The notes: generated from the letters alone by a model not told the origin. A stretch of 64,000 nucleotides of DNA from Ottowia sp. (GCA_017997715.1 JAGOEM010000001.1:1425-65424); one strand, 5' to 3'; positions 20,226 through 32,091 are shown, numbered from the stretch's first letter. Translations and numbers: made by a program.

Positions 20226-20672
20226 CTATTCGGGCACGATGGAAAACCCGGCCGGCGCCTGGCTGGGCGCGGCGGCCTGGCAGTGGTACATGTCCAGGTA
20301 GACGGAATGCACGGCGTTGCTGCAGGCCACGCGGTACACGTCGACGATGTGGTAATCCTTGCCGTCGCCCGCCCTTTGTTCGTGCACGCGGTGCAAATAC
20401 GCCTCGCTCGATTCGCCTTCGATCTGTTCTGGCAGCGCCGTGCGCATGCCCACGCTGCCGCTGCGTTGAAACGTTGGCGCCTGCCCGTCGTCGCAGCGCA
20501 GGCGCGCCAGATAGGCGCGCTGGCCGGCGGGCATGCACACCTCGATGGCGTTTTGTTTGCTGCTGCCCAAGGTGACCGCCTCTGGGGCGGCCTCGGGCGC
20601 TTGTGCCCACAGCGGCAGAGCAGGGGCCGCACAGCAGACAGCGGCAACAGAAAGCAGGCGGGGCAGGTTCAT
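20226..20672 (-). CDS. secreted Cys-containing hypothetical protein
   Basis: Signal peptide; four Cys in the mature part; ATGA overlap with upstream gene. Confidence 0.7.
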   Translation of the reverse strand: MNLPRLLSVAAVCCAAPALPLWAQAPEAAPEAVTLGSSKQNAIEVCMPAGQRAYLARLRCDDGQAPTFQRSGSVGMRTALPEQIEGESSEAYLHRVHEQRAGDGKDYHIVDVYRVACSNAVHSVYLDMYHCQAAAPSQAPAGFSIVPE

Positions 20673-21232
20673 GGGGCTTGGTTGCGGTGGTGGGTAGCAG
20701 CGGCTTCGGCAGCCGGTGGCGCGCGCAGGGCGCGTTGGATCAAGGCGGACAGCCAGGCGGCGTCTGGCGTGGCCTGGGCGCGGCCCGCGGCGACCAGGGC
20801 CAGGCCCAGCGCGGCCAGCGCCAGCACGATGCCGGGCGTCCACCACAGGCGGTCAGCGTCCTGCTGCAGCGCGCTGCCGACCATGAACAGCGCCAGCACG
20901 GTGAAGCCGCCAATCAGGCTGATCAGCGCGCGCACGAAGGCGTGCAGCTCAAAACGGCCTTCCAGCACCACGCGCCCGTCGGCGTGGCGGAAGGCGCCGC
21001 TGAACTGCGATGGCACGCCGCTGCGCTGGCCGGCCGCGCTGCGCACCAGGCGCACGCGCCGCGCGCTGACTTGCCCTTGCGCCACGGGGTTGGGCACATC
21101 TTCTACGCCCGCGGTTGCGCCTGGGCGCGCGGTGGCCAGCGTCAGGCGCCGCACCGACTCGGCCAGGTCGTAATCGCTGACGAAGCGGGCCGGAATGCCG
21201 TCCCACAAAAAGCTGAGCAACGCGCGGATCAT
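20669..21232 (-). CDS. hypothetical membrane protein (paralogue of 21229-21759)
   Basis: Two C-terminal TM helices; ends WLSALIQRAL; ATGA overlaps on both sides. Confidence 0.7.
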   Translation of the reverse strand: MIRALLSFLWDGIPARFVSDYDLAESVRRLTLATARPGATAGVEDVPNPVAQGQVSARRVRLVRSAAGQRSGVPSQFSGAFRHADGRVVLEGRFELHAFVRALISLIGGFTVLALFMVGSALQQDADRLWWTPGIVLALAALGLALVAAGRAQATPDAAWLSALIQRALRAPPAAEAAATHHRNQAP

Positions 21233-21759
21233 GGGCCGCCCTGGGGTTGACCGTGCGGCGCGGCCAGCGCGCGCTGGATCAACGCGGACAGCCATTCGAT
21301 GTCGCGCTGCGCCATGGTGCGCGCCAGGTTGACGATGCCCAGCACGATGCCCAACAAAGCCAGCCCGACCAGCGGAAACCACCTCCACTGCGGCGCCTGG
21401 CGCAGCACCAGGTAAGTGGCGCCCAGCGTCCAGCCGCTGGCGATCAGCAGCCACAGCGCCATGAAGGCACGCACCAGAAAGTGCGGGGCAAACGTACCTT
21501 GCAGCCGCGTGTGGCCGTTGTCCGCGCGGAAGGCGCCGGTAAAGACGGGCGCAAAGGCATTGCGATCGCCAGGCCGAGAGGCTTGCAGCGACACATGGTC
21601 TGCCGCCACTTCGCCGCTGGCTGCGGTGCCGCGTTGGCGGCCCGCGCCGCCGTGCAGGGTAGCGGCCTGCAGCTGCGCCACCGCTTGGTTGACGGGCAGT
21701 GCGCTGTCGAACTGCGCGGGCACGCCGCCGAACAGGTAGCGCAGGGCGCGGCCGATCAT
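21229..21759 (-). CDS. hypothetical membrane protein (paralogue of 20669-21232)
   Basis: FTGAFR...LQGTF, two TM helices, WLSALIQRAL; ATGA overlap with metY stop. Confidence 0.7.
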   Translation of the reverse strand: MIGRALRYLFGGVPAQFDSALPVNQAVAQLQAATLHGGAGRQRGTAASGEVAADHVSLQASRPGDRNAFAPVFTGAFRADNGHTRLQGTFAPHFLVRAFMALWLLIASGWTLGATYLVLRQAPQWRWFPLVGLALLGIVLGIVNLARTMAQRDIEWLSALIQRALAAPHGQPQGGP

Positions 21760-23090
21760 GCGCAGGCGCGCTCCAGCGCCTGGTCGATGTCCCACAGGAT
21801 GTCCCCCACATCCTCGATGCCCACCGACAGCCGCACCATGTCGGCGCGCACGCCGGCACGCGCCAGTTCGTCGTCGTTCAGCTGGCGGTGCGTGGTGGAG
21901 GCGGGGTGGATCACCAGGGTCTTGGCGTCGCCGATGTTGGCCAGGTGGCTGAGGAATTCGCAGGCGTCGATGAATTTCTCAGCCGCCGCCGCGCCACCGT
22001 TCACCCCAAAGGTCAGGATGCCGGACGCGCCCACATGCCCGTCCACCGCGTGGAACTGCTTTTGCGCCAGTTCGTGGTACGGCGAATCGGGCAGGCCGGG
22101 GTAGTTGACCCAGGCCACGCGCGGGTGCTGGCGCAGGTAGTCGGCCACGCGGCGTGCGTTGCGGCAGTGTTCGCGCATGCGCAGGTGCAGGGTTTCGCAG
22201 CCCTGCAGCAGCTGCCACGCGCTCATGGGCGGCAGCACGGCGCCAAAGCTGCGGTTGACTTCCATACGCGCCTTCATGGTGTAGCCGAAGTCGCCAAAGG
22301 TCTCGTAGAACTTGACGCCGTGGTAGGCGCGGCTGGGCTCCACCATCTCGGGGAACTTGCCGTTGTCCCACGGGAAATGCCCGCCTTCGACGATCACGCC
22401 GCCCATGGTGGTGCCGTGCCCGCCGATGTATTTGGTGGCGCTGTGCACCACGATGTCGGCGCCCAGCCGCAGAGGGTTGCACAGGTAGGGGCTGGCGACG
22501 GTGTTGTCGATGACCAGCGGCACGCCGTGCGCGTGCGCCACGTCGGCCACGGCGGTGATGTCCAGCACGTTGACCAGCGGGTTGCCAATGGTTTCGCCGT
22601 ACACCGCGCGCGTGTTGGGGCGCATGGCGGCGGCAAAGTTGTCGGGGTCGGCCGGGTCGACAAAGGTGGTCTGGATGCCCAGCCGTTCAAAACCCACGCC
22701 CAGCTGGCCGATGGTGCCGCCATACAGCGTGCTGGCCGCCACGATGTGGTCGCCGCTTTTCAGGATGGCCAGCAGCGCCGTCATCTGCGCGGCCATGCCG
22801 CTGGCGCAGGCCAGCGCGGCGCGCCCGCCTTCCAGGCTGGCCATGCGCTCTTCAAACACCGCCACCGTGGGGTTGCCAATGCGGCTGTAGACGTGGCCAA
22901 AGGTCTGCAGGTTGAACAGGCTGGCCGCGTGTTCGGCGCTGTCGAAGACGAAGCTGGTGCTTTGGTGGATGGGCGTGGCGCGCGCGCCGGTCACCGGGTC
23001 GGGCACGGCGGCGGCGTGGATGGCGCGGGTGGCAAAGCCAAAGGCGCGGTCGGCGCCGGGCGCTTGAAGGGGGTCTGTTTTTTGAATCAT
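21756..23090 (-). CDS. metY: O-acetylhomoserine aminocarboxypropyltransferase (sulfhydrylase)
   Basis: GFATRAIHA, YSRIGNPT, VHSATKYIGGHG (PLP lysine), ANIGDAKTLVIHPASTTH; start approximate. Confidence 0.9.
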   Translation of the reverse strand: MIQKTDPLQAPGADRAFGFATRAIHAAAVPDPVTGARATPIHQSTSFVFDSAEHAASLFNLQTFGHVYSRIGNPTVAVFEERMASLEGGRAALACASGMAAQMTALLAILKSGDHIVAASTLYGGTIGQLGVGFERLGIQTTFVDPADPDNFAAAMRPNTRAVYGETIGNPLVNVLDITAVADVAHAHGVPLVIDNTVASPYLCNPLRLGADIVVHSATKYIGGHGTTMGGVIVEGGHFPWDNGKFPEMVEPSRAYHGVKFYETFGDFGYTMKARMEVNRSFGAVLPPMSAWQLLQGCETLHLRMREHCRNARRVADYLRQHPRVAWVNYPGLPDSPYHELAQKQFHAVDGHVGASGILTFGVNGGAAAAEKFIDACEFLSHLANIGDAKTLVIHPASTTHRQLNDDELARAGVRADMVRLSVGIEDVGDILWDIDQALERACA

Positions 23091-23143
23091 TTTGGCCTTC
23101 AGCGCAATGTACACGGGCGCAAGCAGCTATTAAAAATGTAGTC
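23078..23143 (-). repeat. family A repeat A3 (overlaps metY start)
   Basis: Minus strand GACTACATTTTTAATAGCTGCTTGCGC-N11-GCGCTGAAGGCCAAAATGATTCAAAA. Confidence 0.8.
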
Positions 23144-23163
23144 AAATAGGTGCGCTTGCCAGC

Positions 23164-23679
23164 TCAATACGGCAGCACCTGCGGCCGCTTGGCCGAGATG
23201 ACCCGCGTGTCCACACCGGCCCAGCCCAGGCCGCCAAACAGGCGCGCGTGTTCGATCTTCACGCAGCGGTTCTGTATCACCTGCAGGCCAGCGGCTTCGG
23301 CCAGATCGGTGGCGGCGTCGTTCGCCACGCCCAGCTGCAGCCACAGGCAGCGCGCGCCAATGGCAATGGCTTCTTGCGCCAGCGGCGGGATGTCTTCGCT
23401 TTTGCGAAAGCAGTCCACCATGTCGATGCGGCCGCCTTCGGCGCGCAGGGCGGCATCGGCTTCGCGCACGCTGGCGTAGGCGCGTTCACCCAGAATCGTG
23501 CCGCCTGCCTTGGCCACCAGCGGGTTGACGGGCACCACGCGGTAACCATGCGCCTGCATGTACTTGGCGGCGAAGTAGCTGGGCCGGTGCCATTGCGGCG
23601 ACAGGCCCACCACGGCCAGCGTGCGGCAGCGGGTCAGCACATCGCGCAGGGTGCCGATGGTGTCGGGGGTTTGGGGCAT
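23164..23679 (-). CDS. CoA-binding protein (YccU-like)
   Basis: AVVGLS...RPSY, VVPVNP, IDMVDCFR, LWLQLGV, NRCVKIEH. Confidence 0.9.
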   Translation of the reverse strand: MPQTPDTIGTLRDVLTRCRTLAVVGLSPQWHRPSYFAAKYMQAHGYRVVPVNPLVAKAGGTILGERAYASVREADAALRAEGGRIDMVDCFRKSEDIPPLAQEAIAIGARCLWLQLGVANDAATDLAEAAGLQVIQNRCVKIEHARLFGGLGWAGVDTRVISAKRPQVLPY

Positions 23680-23753
23680 GGCGCGATTGTCGGCCAGCCT
23701 GGGGTGTCGGTCCGGCGTCCGGCTTGGGGCTGCGCGTGTGCCCGCCGGTCGGC

Positions 23754-24830
23754 TCAGGCGCCCGGCGGGCCGCCAAAGCCTTCGGTCGCCAGGCGGCTGC
23801 CGTCGTCAAACACCAGCGTGCGTTCTGGCCATTGCAGTGCCCCCAGCTTGAAGGACTGCAACGGCGGCTGGCCGTTCAGGCGCGCCTGCCAGCGCCCGCC
23901 CACCGAATAGTCCACGCAGAACACCTTGCCCAGCGGCCCCAGCCAGGCCAGCGGCGGCACGCCGTCGAACAGGTCTTCGCCGTGCGTGTGCTGTTCGGCG
24001 GCGGGGTTGGGAAAACGCCGTCGCCAGTAATGGCCGACGACCACGGGCGTGGCTTCGTCGTAGGTGTTCCACCACGCCACGCGCATGACGAAGCGCCATT
24101 TGCCACCGGCATAAAAAGGCGTCTGGCCCTGGCATTCCACGCCAGAGGTCAGCACCTTCAGCGGGTTCAGCATCTGCTTGTTGACCTCGTTCAGGGCGTG
24201 TGCGGGCATGAAGGGCGGGGCTTGCGCGGGCGATTCCAGGTCGCCGCCCCAGCCGGCCAGTTCGCTGGCCATGCGTTCGTGCAGATCGCTTTGGTGCGCG
24301 ACCTGGCTGGCCTCGGCCTCGCGCGCGTCGTAGGCGCGGGTCAGCGTGCCCAGCGGCAGCTGGCGGGCGGCGTCGATATCGGCCGGGCGCCAGGCCGCGT
24401 GCACCACGCGCAGGTCGGCGCGCTCCAGCGCCACAGGCCAGTTGGCGGCCATGGTCTGCAGCGCGGCGCGGTCGGCAGGCGTGGCCCGTGCAAAGGGCGC
24501 GTACTTGAGCATGTCGCGCTGCACGCGCCCGTCAAAGAACCAGCCCGAGCCGTCTTTGGGGTCGTTGCGCAACAGATTGATTTCATGGTTGCCCGCCACC
24601 GCCTGCGCGCGCCCTGCATCCAGCAGCGACTGCACCAGGCGCAGCACGCCCGGGCTGTCGGGGCCGCGGTCGCACAGGTCGCCCACGAACACCAGGCGCC
24701 GCCCGCTGGGGTGGCTGCCATCGGCGCCGTAGCCCAGGTGGCGCAGCAGATCGCGCAATGCGTCCAGTTCGCCGTGAACATCGCCCACGATGTCGAGCGG
24801 CCCTTCAAACAGCGGCTGGATCAGGCCCAT
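23754..24830 (-). CDS. calcineurin-like metallophosphoesterase (PrpE/ApaH-like)
   Basis: GDVHG, VGDLCDRGPDS, GNHE, VVHA, VVVGHYW; AAGGAG RBS. Confidence 0.85.
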   Translation of the reverse strand: MGLIQPLFEGPLDIVGDVHGELDALRDLLRHLGYGADGSHPSGRRLVFVGDLCDRGPDSPGVLRLVQSLLDAGRAQAVAGNHEINLLRNDPKDGSGWFFDGRVQRDMLKYAPFARATPADRAALQTMAANWPVALERADLRVVHAAWRPADIDAARQLPLGTLTRAYDAREAEASQVAHQSDLHERMASELAGWGGDLESPAQAPPFMPAHALNEVNKQMLNPLKVLTSGVECQGQTPFYAGGKWRFVMRVAWWNTYDEATPVVVGHYWRRRFPNPAAEQHTHGEDLFDGVPPLAWLGPLGKVFCVDYSVGGRWQARLNGQPPLQSFKLGALQWPERTLVFDDGSRLATEGFGGPPGA

Positions 24831-25032
24831 GAAACTCCTTGGTCGCGGTGGCTGGCGGAAAAAGGGGATTCTCCGCGCTTTCTGCGCGGGCCCGTCGACG
24901 CACGGCGCGGGACTGAGCCAGCCTTGCCCTACGTCAAGACGCGCCGGCAGGCTCATGCTACAACCGACTTATCTCGCAACGGCGTGGCGGGCACGGCATC
25001 GGCTGGCGGCGCGCGCACCACCTTGGTGACCC

Positions 25033-27723
25033 ATGGACCAGCACTTCCTGACCCCCCTGTTTGATCCGCAGTCGATCGCCCTGTTCACCGGCCCCCAGGA
25101 CGCCCCCGAGCGCCTGACGCCCCAGGCGCGTGCGTTGCTGGCGCACCTGGCCGAACAGCCTTTCAAGGGCCACGTGACGCCGCTGGACGTGCACACCACC
25201 GGCACGCTGGCCGACCTGGCGCAGGCGCGCGCCGACCTGGCCATCATCGCGCTGCCAGAGGAAGAAATCCTGCCCGCGCTGGAACTGGCCGGGCGCATCA
25301 AGGTGGGCGCGGCGCTGGTGCTGTCGGCCGGGGTGTCGGCGCACAAGGCCAGCGACATGCAGCGCGTGGCGCGGCGCCACGGCTTTTGGCTGCTGGGGCC
25401 CAACAGCTCGGGCTTTCAGCGGCCACTGCAACTGCTGAATGCCAGCACGGTGGGCAGCCTGGCCTCACCGGGGCAACTGGCGCTGGTGTCGCAATCCGGC
25501 GCGCTGACGGCGGCGATTCTGGACTGGGCCAAGCACACGCGCGTGGGCTTTTCCACCGTGGTCACGCTGGGCGCGCACACGCAGGTCAACCTGGCGGCCA
25601 CGCTGGACTTTCTGGCGTCGGACCGGCACACGCAGGGCATCGTGGTCTATATGGAGGGCATCTCCAACGCGCGGCGCTTTACCAGTGCGCTGCGCGCCGC
25701 CGCCAACGCCAAGCCGGTGGTGGTGCTGAAGGCCGGCCGCAAGCTGGCTGGCAACGCGGCGGCGCAAACGCATTCCAGTGCCATCGTCGGCAGCGACGAA
25801 GTGTTCGATGCGGTGCTGCGCCGCGCGGGCGCGGTGCGGGTGCGTTCGTTTGTCGAGCTGTTCTCGGCCGCCAAGTGCCTGGCCTCGCGCTACCGCCCGG
25901 TGGGGCCGCGCCTGGCGGTGGTCACCAACGGCGGTGGCCCCGGCGTGCTGGCCGCCGACTGGATCAGCGAGCTGGGCCTGCAGCTGGGCGTGCTGTCGCA
26001 CGAGGCCAGCCAGGCGCTGGCGCCGCTGCTGGCGCCCAGCGCGTCGTTGACCGACCTGATCGACCTGAGCGAAGAAGCCACGCCCGAGCAGTACCGCGCC
26101 GCGCTGGAAGCGGCATCCAAAGACCGCGCCATCGACGGCGTGCTGGCGCTGTATTCGCCCAAGTTTGGTGGCGATGCCATGGCCGTGGCGCAAGAGCTGG
26201 TGCAGATCAAGCAGCGCATGAGCAAGCCGCTGGTGGCCTGCTGGCTGGGCGATGCCAGTGTGTCGGCGGCGCGCCACGCGCTGAGCGAGGCGCTGATACC
26301 GGGCTTTCGCACGCCGGAAGCGGCGGTGGGCGCCTTTGGCAACATCTCCAGCTTCTATCAGAACCAGCAGATGCTGCAGCAGACGCCGCCGCCGCTGTCG
26401 GATCTGGCGGCGCCCGATGTCGATGGCGCCCGCCTGCTGATCGAAAGCGCGCTGGCCGAGCGGCGCACCGTGCTGACCGAGATGGAATCCAAGGCGCTGC
26501 TGGCGGCCTTTCACATCCCGGTGACGCAGACCCTGCTGGCGCGCAGCGCCACCGAGGCGATGATGATCGCCGCGCAGATCGGCTTTCCGGTGGCGCTGAA
26601 GATCGATTCGCCCGACATCTCGCACAAGAGCGACGTCGGCGGTGTGGCCCTGAACGTGACGAACGCCACCGCCGTGCGCGACATCTACCAGGACATGATG
26701 GAAACGGTGCGCGCCAAACTGCCCGACGCGCGCATCAACGGCGTCACCGTGCAGGCCATGGCGCGCAAGAAGCATGGGCGCGAGCTGTACATCGGCGTGG
26801 TCACCGACGACCCCTTCGGCCCCGTGATCGCCTTTGGCGCGGGCGGCACCATGATCGAGCTGCTGGACGACCACGCCATGGAACTGCCGCCGCTGAACCA
26901 GTTCCTGGCGCGGCGGCTGATCGAGCGGTCACGCGTGCACGACACGCTGAAAGCCTGGCGCGGCGCGCCCGCGGTGGACATGGCCGCGCTGGAGCGCGCC
27001 TTGCTGCGCGTGTCCGAAATGGTGTGCGAGCTGCCCCAGCTGCGCGAGATGGACATCAACCCCATCATCGTGGACGAACACGGCGCCGTGTCGGTCGACG
27101 CGCGCATCGTCATCGGCGCGGCCGCGCAAACCGCGCCTGGCCGCGCGGGGCGCTACGGCCACCTGTCTATCCTGCCGTACCCGGCGCGCTTCGAGCAGAT
27201 GTGGCCGCTGCGCGGCGGCGGCGAATACGTGCTGCGCCCAATTCACCCGGACGACGCGCAGATGCTGCAAGAGATGATGAAGCGCCTGTCATCGGAAAGC
27301 CGTTACTTCCGCTTCGTGTCGAACATGGCCGAGCTGCCCGCGTCGATGCTGTCGCGCTTCACGCTGATCGACTACGACCGCGAGATGGCCCTGTGCGCCG
27401 TGGCCGAAACCGAAGAGGTGGGCGAAGACGGCCAGAAGATCAAGAAGAACCGCATCATCGGCGTGTCGCGCTACATCACCAACCCGGACCAGACCAGCTG
27501 CGAATTCTCTCTGGTGGTGGACGACGGCTACGCCGGCCAGGGCCTGGGCACGCGCCTGATGCTGAGCATCATGGACGTCGCACGCGAAAAAGGCCTGCAG
27601 GAAATCATCGGCCTGGTGCTGACGCACAACAACGGCATGCTGAAGCTGATGCGCAGCCTGGGCTTTGAGGTGAAGGCGTATGCCGACGACCCGGATTTCC
27701 GGCTGGTGACGCATGTGCTTTGA
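25033..27723 (+). CDS. pat: protein lysine acetyltransferase Pat (NDP-forming acyl-CoA synthetase-like domains plus C-terminal GNAT)
   Basis: LLGPNS, SQSGAL, TNGGGPG, HKSDVGGV, DINP, C-terminal GNAT with GQGLGTRL. Confidence 0.85.
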   Translation: MDQHFLTPLFDPQSIALFTGPQDAPERLTPQARALLAHLAEQPFKGHVTPLDVHTTGTLADLAQARADLAIIALPEEEILPALELAGRIKVGAALVLSAGVSAHKASDMQRVARRHGFWLLGPNSSGFQRPLQLLNASTVGSLASPGQLALVSQSGALTAAILDWAKHTRVGFSTVVTLGAHTQVNLAATLDFLASDRHTQGIVVYMEGISNARRFTSALRAAANAKPVVVLKAGRKLAGNAAAQTHSSAIVGSDEVFDAVLRRAGAVRVRSFVELFSAAKCLASRYRPVGPRLAVVTNGGGPGVLAADWISELGLQLGVLSHEASQALAPLLAPSASLTDLIDLSEEATPEQYRAALEAASKDRAIDGVLALYSPKFGGDAMAVAQELVQIKQRMSKPLVACWLGDASVSAARHALSEALIPGFRTPEAAVGAFGNISSFYQNQQMLQQTPPPLSDLAAPDVDGARLLIESALAERRTVLTEMESKALLAAFHIPVTQTLLARSATEAMMIAAQIGFPVALKIDSPDISHKSDVGGVALNVTNATAVRDIYQDMMETVRAKLPDARINGVTVQAMARKKHGRELYIGVVTDDPFGPVIAFGAGGTMIELLDDHAMELPPLNQFLARRLIERSRVHDTLKAWRGAPAVDMAALERALLRVSEMVCELPQLREMDINPIIVDEHGAVSVDARIVIGAAAQTAPGRAGRYGHLSILPYPARFEQMWPLRGGGEYVLRPIHPDDAQMLQEMMKRLSSESRYFRFVSNMAELPASMLSRFTLIDYDREMALCAVAETEEVGEDGQKIKKNRIIGVSRYITNPDQTSCEFSLVVDDGYAGQGLGTRLMLSIMDVAREKGLQEIIGLVLTHNNGMLKLMRSLGFEVKAYADDPDFRLVTHVL

Positions 27724-27730
27724 GTGGGCG

Positions 27731-27795
27731 TTGCTACTGAATACATAGCTGCTTGCGCCCGCTGGTATTGCGCTGAAGCCAGATATTGTTTGAAT
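27731..27795 (+). repeat. family A repeat A4
   Basis: TTGCTACTGAATACATAGCTGCTTGCGC-N11-GCGCTGAAGCCAGATATTGTTTGAAT. Confidence 0.8.
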
Positions 27796-27834
27796 AGTTG
27801 GGTGTTGGGTGCGTTTGCAGCGCATCCTCCAGGT

Positions 27835-27910
27835 GGCGTTCAGGCGTTCAGGCGTTCAGGCGTTCAGGCGTTCAGGCGTTCAGGCGTTCAGGCGTTCAGG
27901 CGTTCAGGCG
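27835..27910 (+). repeat. octanucleotide tandem repeat (GGCGTTCA)9
   Basis: Nine perfect units plus GGCG, read directly. Confidence 0.97.
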
Positions 27911-28365
27911 CGCGGTGGCCGCGCCTTGTGCAGCCGCACATCGCGATCGCCCACGGGTTCCTCGTCACCCCAACCGCGCGCCCGGTACAACGCGGCGGCG
28001 CGGCTGCTGGCCGCAGTTTCCAGCCAGGCGCTTGGGTGCACGGCGAACAGCGCGCGCTCGGCCTCGGCCAGCAAGTGGCTGCCGATGTCCCGGCCTTCGT
28101 GCGCGGGCAGCACGAACAGCGCGAACAGGCTGGCGTCGTCCAGGTCGACCATGGAAAAGCCCACCACTTCGGCCTCCACTTCAGCCAGCCAGGCACAGGG
28201 CGTGCCGCTCGTCAGGGCTTCGGCCAGGGCGGCGGGCGTGATGCCGCGCGCACGCAACTGTTGCAGGCTGAGGTGGTTCTCTTGCACCGCCGTCCGCACC
28301 TGCAGCAGTGCGGCCACGTCGCCGGGCGTGGCGACGCGGTAGCGCAAGCCGGGCGGCGCCGTCAT
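27904..28365 (-). CDS. GNAT family N-acetyltransferase
   Basis: VVGFSM, LFALFVLPAHEGRDIGSHLL, AAALYRARGW. Confidence 0.85.
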   Translation of the reverse strand: MTAPPGLRYRVATPGDVAALLQVRTAVQENHLSLQQLRARGITPAALAEALTSGTPCAWLAEVEAEVVGFSMVDLDDASLFALFVLPAHEGRDIGSHLLAEAERALFAVHPSAWLETAASSRAAALYRARGWGDEEPVGDRDVRLHKARPPRA

Positions 28366-28826
28366 GCGCTGGCGGCGGGCGGCAGCAGGGCCAGCGTCGA
28401 TGTGGCGGTGGCCACCACTTGCCGATCTTGCGCACGCAGCAGGCGCGCGTGGGTGAAGGCCAGCTGCTTGCCGCGCCGCTCCACCTCTCCGAAGGCGATG
28501 TAGCGGCCTTGCGGCGCGGGCCGCAGGAAGGCGGTGTTCAGGTTGACGGTGGCGCACGACGCGCCGATGGGCAACTGCGCCAGCGTGGCAAAGGCCATGG
28601 CGAAATCGAGCATGGCGGTGACGGCCCCACCCTGCAGCACGCCCGTGCCCTGGATGAACAGCGGATCGGGGTTGAAAGCCAGCTCCACCGTGCCGGCCCG
28701 CAGATCGGCGGCACACAACTCGGCGCCCAGCGCGCGCGCCATCGGGTTGGCGTCAAACGCAGTGGGCTGGCTGCCGCTTTCGATGAAACGGTGGAGCAGG
28801 GCTTGGTCGGGGTTGGCTGGGGTCAT
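28362..28826 (-). CDS. PaaI family hot-dog thioesterase
   Basis: GVLQGGAVTAMLDFAM, TVNLNTAFLRPA, RRGKQLAF. Confidence 0.85.
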   Translation of the reverse strand: MTPANPDQALLHRFIESGSQPTAFDANPMARALGAELCAADLRAGTVELAFNPDPLFIQGTGVLQGGAVTAMLDFAMAFATLAQLPIGASCATVNLNTAFLRPAPQGRYIAFGEVERRGKQLAFTHARLLRAQDRQVVATATSTLALLPPAASA

Positions 28827-29016
28827 GTCAAGGCACATTGTGATGGCAGCCTGGCCGTGGGGCGTTGGGCTGAGCGCCAACGGTGGGGTGGCGTCGCCCA
28901 TCCATTTGGAAGGGCGTCTCGCCAACAAGCCCGACGTTGCTGCCATGCCGGTTTGCACGCCTTCGCGGCGGCCGTCACGAAGGCTTGCGCCGCGCGCTGG
29001 GCTCGATGCCCTCCGT

Positions 29017-30094
29017 TCACTTCGTATAGCGGCTTGTGGTGTGGGCACCCGCCCGAAACGCCTCCGGCGTCTGCCCCGTCCACTCTCTAAACGCACGGAT
29101 GAAGCTCTTGTCGTTGCGAAAGCCTGCCGCGTGTGCCACGTGCCGAATGGGTTGCTGGGTGCGCAGCAACAGGGCGCAGGCCTGTTCGCGGCGGGTTTCG
29201 TCTTTCAGCGTCTGCAGGCTGGTGCCTTCGGTGGTCAGCTGCCGGTGCAGGCTGCGCGGTGACAGGGCCAGGTCGGCGGCCAGCGTGGTCGCGGTGTGTG
29301 ACGGGCGCTGGCGCAACAGCTGGCGCACACGCAGCGCCAGCAGGCGGTCGCGCCGGTAGGGCAGCACCATCAGGGGCAGGGCGCGGCGCAGCATCTGGTC
29401 CAGATCGGCGGCGCAGCGGCAGGGCCAGGTAAGCGGCGTCAAAGCGCAGCGCGGCGTGCGGCGCGCCAAAGTGCAGCGGCCCAGGGAACAGCGTGTCGTA
29501 CACGTCGGCGTGCGGCGGTGCGGCAAAGGGAAATTCAGCCGCCTGCAGCGCGATGTGTGAATCCACCCACCAGCAGGCCAGGCCGTGCACATTGCGCAGC
29601 AGCGATGTCAGGGCGAATTCGCGCACCGGGCCGGGTGCACGCTGTTCGGTGATGCGCACTTCGGCCCATGCGGGCGCGTCGGAGGGGGTGATCAGCTGCA
29701 GCGTGACGTCGGTGGTCAGCAAACCATGGTGGCGGCACCAGCGGCGCAACGCCACGCCCAGGGTGGGCGCGCTGTGCGAGGCGCGCGCCAGCATGCCGTA
29801 GCTGCCCCAGGGCAGCGGACGGCTGAACCAGCCGGGGGCTTCGTCGTCCAGCTCGCGCATGGCGGTGGCGCACAGGCGTTCGAACTGCAGGGCGCTGACG
29901 CGGTCTGGCCAGGCGCCGCCTGATTCTGGCGCAATCTGTGCCGATTGCAGGGCCGCCAAGGGGCTGAGCCCGCGTTTTGCATAGGCGTCCAGCACCGCTT
30001 TGACAAAGCCGAACGGGGTGCGTTGGTGCGGGGGTGAACGGGATTCGGCGTGGGGCGGCGGCACAGGGTGGCAGTTTCCATCATGCTGGCGCAA
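29017..30094 (-). pseudogene. AraC-family regulator split by a frameshift near 29405-29412
   Basis: N-terminal domain in ORF 29087-30094 (DDEAPGWFSRPLPWGSYGML); HTH (LSPRSLHRQL, GFRNDKSFIRAFREWTGQTP) in ORF 29017-29592. Confidence 0.8.
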
Positions 30095-30384
30095 TTTGCA
30101 ACCATACTGGCGCCAAACGCGGCGGCCTTGGCGCTAAGCTGGCGGCCAAGAGCGTGTTCCATGTCGCCTTGCGGGTGTGTGGGCGTGGCGTCGGTCGGGC
30201 TGCTTCGTTGCCAATCCGCGCGATACCCCCGGTGTTGCAGCGTTGTGCGCCTGGCAGCCCATCCCGGTCCACATGCCCCGCCCCTCGCGCTGAGACATTG
30301 AACGCGCTCTAAGGCCAAGCCATCGGCGGCCAGCGATTCGCTAAAGTGCTTGTTTCGCTGGTCGTGACAAGGAGACAAACCCAC

Positions 30385-32067
<1,683 letters not shown>

Positions 32068-32091
<24 letters not shown>

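Noticed and set aside
30285-30320. GCGC-N13-GCGC-TCTAAGGCC as another family A copy
   Set aside because: Spacer is 13 rather than 11 and the TAGCTG half is missing
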